From: Malacoraja senta
Lineage: Eukaryota
Direction of reading: 5' to 3'
DNA length: 20,000 nucleotides
NCBI GenBank assembly: GCA_038087875.1
Contig: JAXLNO010000039.1
Coordinates: 60,896 to 80,895, forward strand
Part shown: positions 18,469 through 20,000 of the stretch, piece by piece
How positions within the stretch are numbered: the stretch's first letter is position 1
How the letters are laid out: the number at the start of each line of letters is the position of its first letter
Notes under the pieces: model-generated
What the model was told of the DNA's origin: nothing
The model's input: only the letters and a program-made list of their open reading frames with translations
Databases searched by the model: none
Translations under genes and position numbers: made by a program

Positions 18469-18565
18469 CAAGTCAAGTCAAGTCAAGTGAGTTTATTGTC
18501 ATGTGTCCCTGGTAGGACAATGAAATTCTTGCTTTGCTTGAGCACAATACAACATAGTAGGCATT
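18469..18565 (-). mobile_element. Rex1/Babar 3' terminus
   Basis: (CAAGT)n gagtttattgtcatgtgtccc..taggacaatgaaattcttgc is the reverse complement of 12270-12338. Confidence 0.85.
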
Positions 18566-18716
18566 TACTACAAGGCATTCTATAAATATATACAAATATA
18601 TACAAATATATACAAATCTATAAATCCACGATAGTGCCTGTATGCTGGACACCCCCTATGTCTGAAATCACTGGAGTGTGAAGGGGGGTGGCTGTTTCCA
18701 GCAAGGTACTGCACAC

Positions 18717-18745
18717 CAAAGATCCTCTCCGCTATAGGATCTTAG
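18717..18745. mobile_element. 29-bp hAT-like micro-element with 8-bp TSD
   Basis: TIR caaagatcct/aggatcttag (9/10); exact TSD ctgcacac at 18709-18716 and 18746-18753. Confidence 0.72.
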
Positions 18746-19089
18746 CTGCACACTTGGCTGCACGGGCAGATTGAAACCAGCTGGCAATGGGCCAAGGACA
18801 TCCAGCGAACTAAATAATGTACATGTCTGGAAGGAGTGGTTAAACCAGGATTTCCTAACGCTGCTCCGCCCAAATACTTTTTTACCCAGCGACTAGCAGC
18901 GCCACAGACTGAACTGACGGAAGTGGGGAAAGCGATTGCGACAGATCCTCGCACGACATGGCCCCTTCAGCGGTTAAAGGAGTGCTGGAACTCTGATTAA
19001 TGGATCTCGGTCTGGTCCCTGCATTATATGTAGCCGACCTCTGACTGCACAGTCATTCCTCCCTCACAGTAATTTCCCTCTCGCTGGGA

Positions 19090-19173
19090 TTTCCTGGTGA
19101 GTACCACAGGCCAGGATCACGAATCTCACTGCCGTGAGATTCGTGATCCTGGCCTGTGGTACTCACCAGGAAA
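19090..19173. repeat. Perfect palindrome: 40-bp arms and 4-nt loop
   Basis: tttcctggtgagtaccacaggccaggatcacgaatctcac TGCC gtgagattcgtgatcctggcctgtggtactcaccaggaaa; 40/40 complementary. Confidence 0.97.
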
Positions 19174-19194
19174 ACCACACACTGCCAAAAACCT

Positions 19195-19362
19195 GTGTAA
19201 GGAAGGAACTGCAGATGCAGGTTTACATAGAAGAGACACAAAATGCTGGATTAACTCAGCGGGACAAGCAGCAAGCATCTCTGGAGAAAAGGAATAGATG
19301 ACTTTGGGGGTGTTGGGAAGGGGGGCGAGACCTTCTCAACCCAAAACGTCACCCATCCCTTC
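19195..19362. mobile_element. Penelope pseudo-LTR, head-to-head remnant
   Basis: tgtgtaaggaaggaactgcagatgc...agacacaaaatgctggattaactcagc, then acccaaaacgtcacccatcc. Confidence 0.75.
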
Positions 19363-19363
19363 T

Positions 19364-20000
19364 ATTTGATTTGATTCAATTTATTGTCATTGCACTTTTC
19401 AGTGCAACGAAATGGTTTAGCCTGCAGTCATAACATGGAATAAATAACAAAAACACACACTCAACACAGTTTAACATCCACCACAGTGAGTCCACCAGGC
19501 ACCTCCTCACTGAGATGGAAGGCAAAATGTCCCAAAGTCCATGTCTCCTCCCTCCTTGCTCTCCCTCTGCGCTGAGGCGATCCAGGCCTCCGATGTTGTG
19601 ACCCCGCTGGGTGATGGTAAGTAAGTCCCGCGGCTGAATCCGAACGGGCCGGTTCAAACTCCGCGGCCCAGGGCGGTCGAAGCTGCCGAAGCTGCCGCTC
19701 TCCAGTCCAGCGGACGCAGCTGTTGTTGCGGGAGCTACGGAAAAACAGGTCACCAACCTGTGACCTGCGAGCTCCAGACGATGTCGTCCACTGGCCCTCG
19801 CCGAGCCTCCGAGGCTCCGAAGTCGGGTCGGAAGTCGGGTCGCAACGCCACCACAGCCCCGAAGTCGGCCAGCCCCGCGCTGGCAAGTCCTGGCTGGCTC
19901 TGCCTCCCGAGCCCCAAGGTCGGTCCCAGTTGGAGGCCGCCAGCTCCGCGATAGGCCTCAGCGCAGACGGAGACGGGGGATACGGCAAGAAAGGTCGCAT
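19364..20000 (-). mobile_element. GC/CpG-rich non-coding retroelement with a Rex1/Babar-type 3' tail (runs off the window)
   Basis: The minus strand ends atttcgttgcac-tgaaaa-gtgcaatgacaataaattgaatcaaatcaaat; no RT-like translation recognised in the 630 bp seen. Confidence 0.55.

Noticed and set aside
18709..18753. Paired TGCACAC metal-response elements
   Set aside because: The two copies are explained by the 8-bp TSD of the micro-element.
18886..18905. CTCF-like motif gcgactagcagcgcc
   Set aside because: It lacks the AGRKGGCR core spacing.
19376..20000. 126-aa and 179-aa minus-strand ORFs
   Set aside because: They are expected by chance in GC-rich, stop-poor repeat sequence and show no domain motifs.

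Overview
Repeat-dense eukaryotic non-coding DNA, most likely intronic or intergenic sequence from a cartilaginous fish such as a skate or ray. That assignment is inferred from HE1/V-SINEs, HER1/CR1 LINEs, a SacSINE1/DeuSINE remnant and chondrichthyan-type Penelope fragments. No host protein-coding exon can be supported: every ORF I could recognise is a decayed retrotransposon ORF (CR1, Rex1/Babar, Penelope GIY-YIG, Vingi) or its antisense. Highlights: (1) a 136-bp short retroposon (726-861, minus) with an 11-bp TSD, whose 5' end folds as a minimal CPEB3/HDV-like ribozyme and whose (GAA)n tail matches a Vingi LINE fragment at 18025-18340; (2) minimal hammerhead ribozyme cores in Penelope pseudo-LTRs, with two intact cores and several TSD-flanked head-to-head units; (3) a complete 422-bp non-autonomous Helitron; (4) a 29-bp hAT-like micro-element with an 8-bp TSD; (5) a perfect 40-bp-arm palindrome; (6) Harbinger-type MITEs; (7) an invertebrate-looking LINE 3' end. 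Family names come from recalled motifs, not from database searches.
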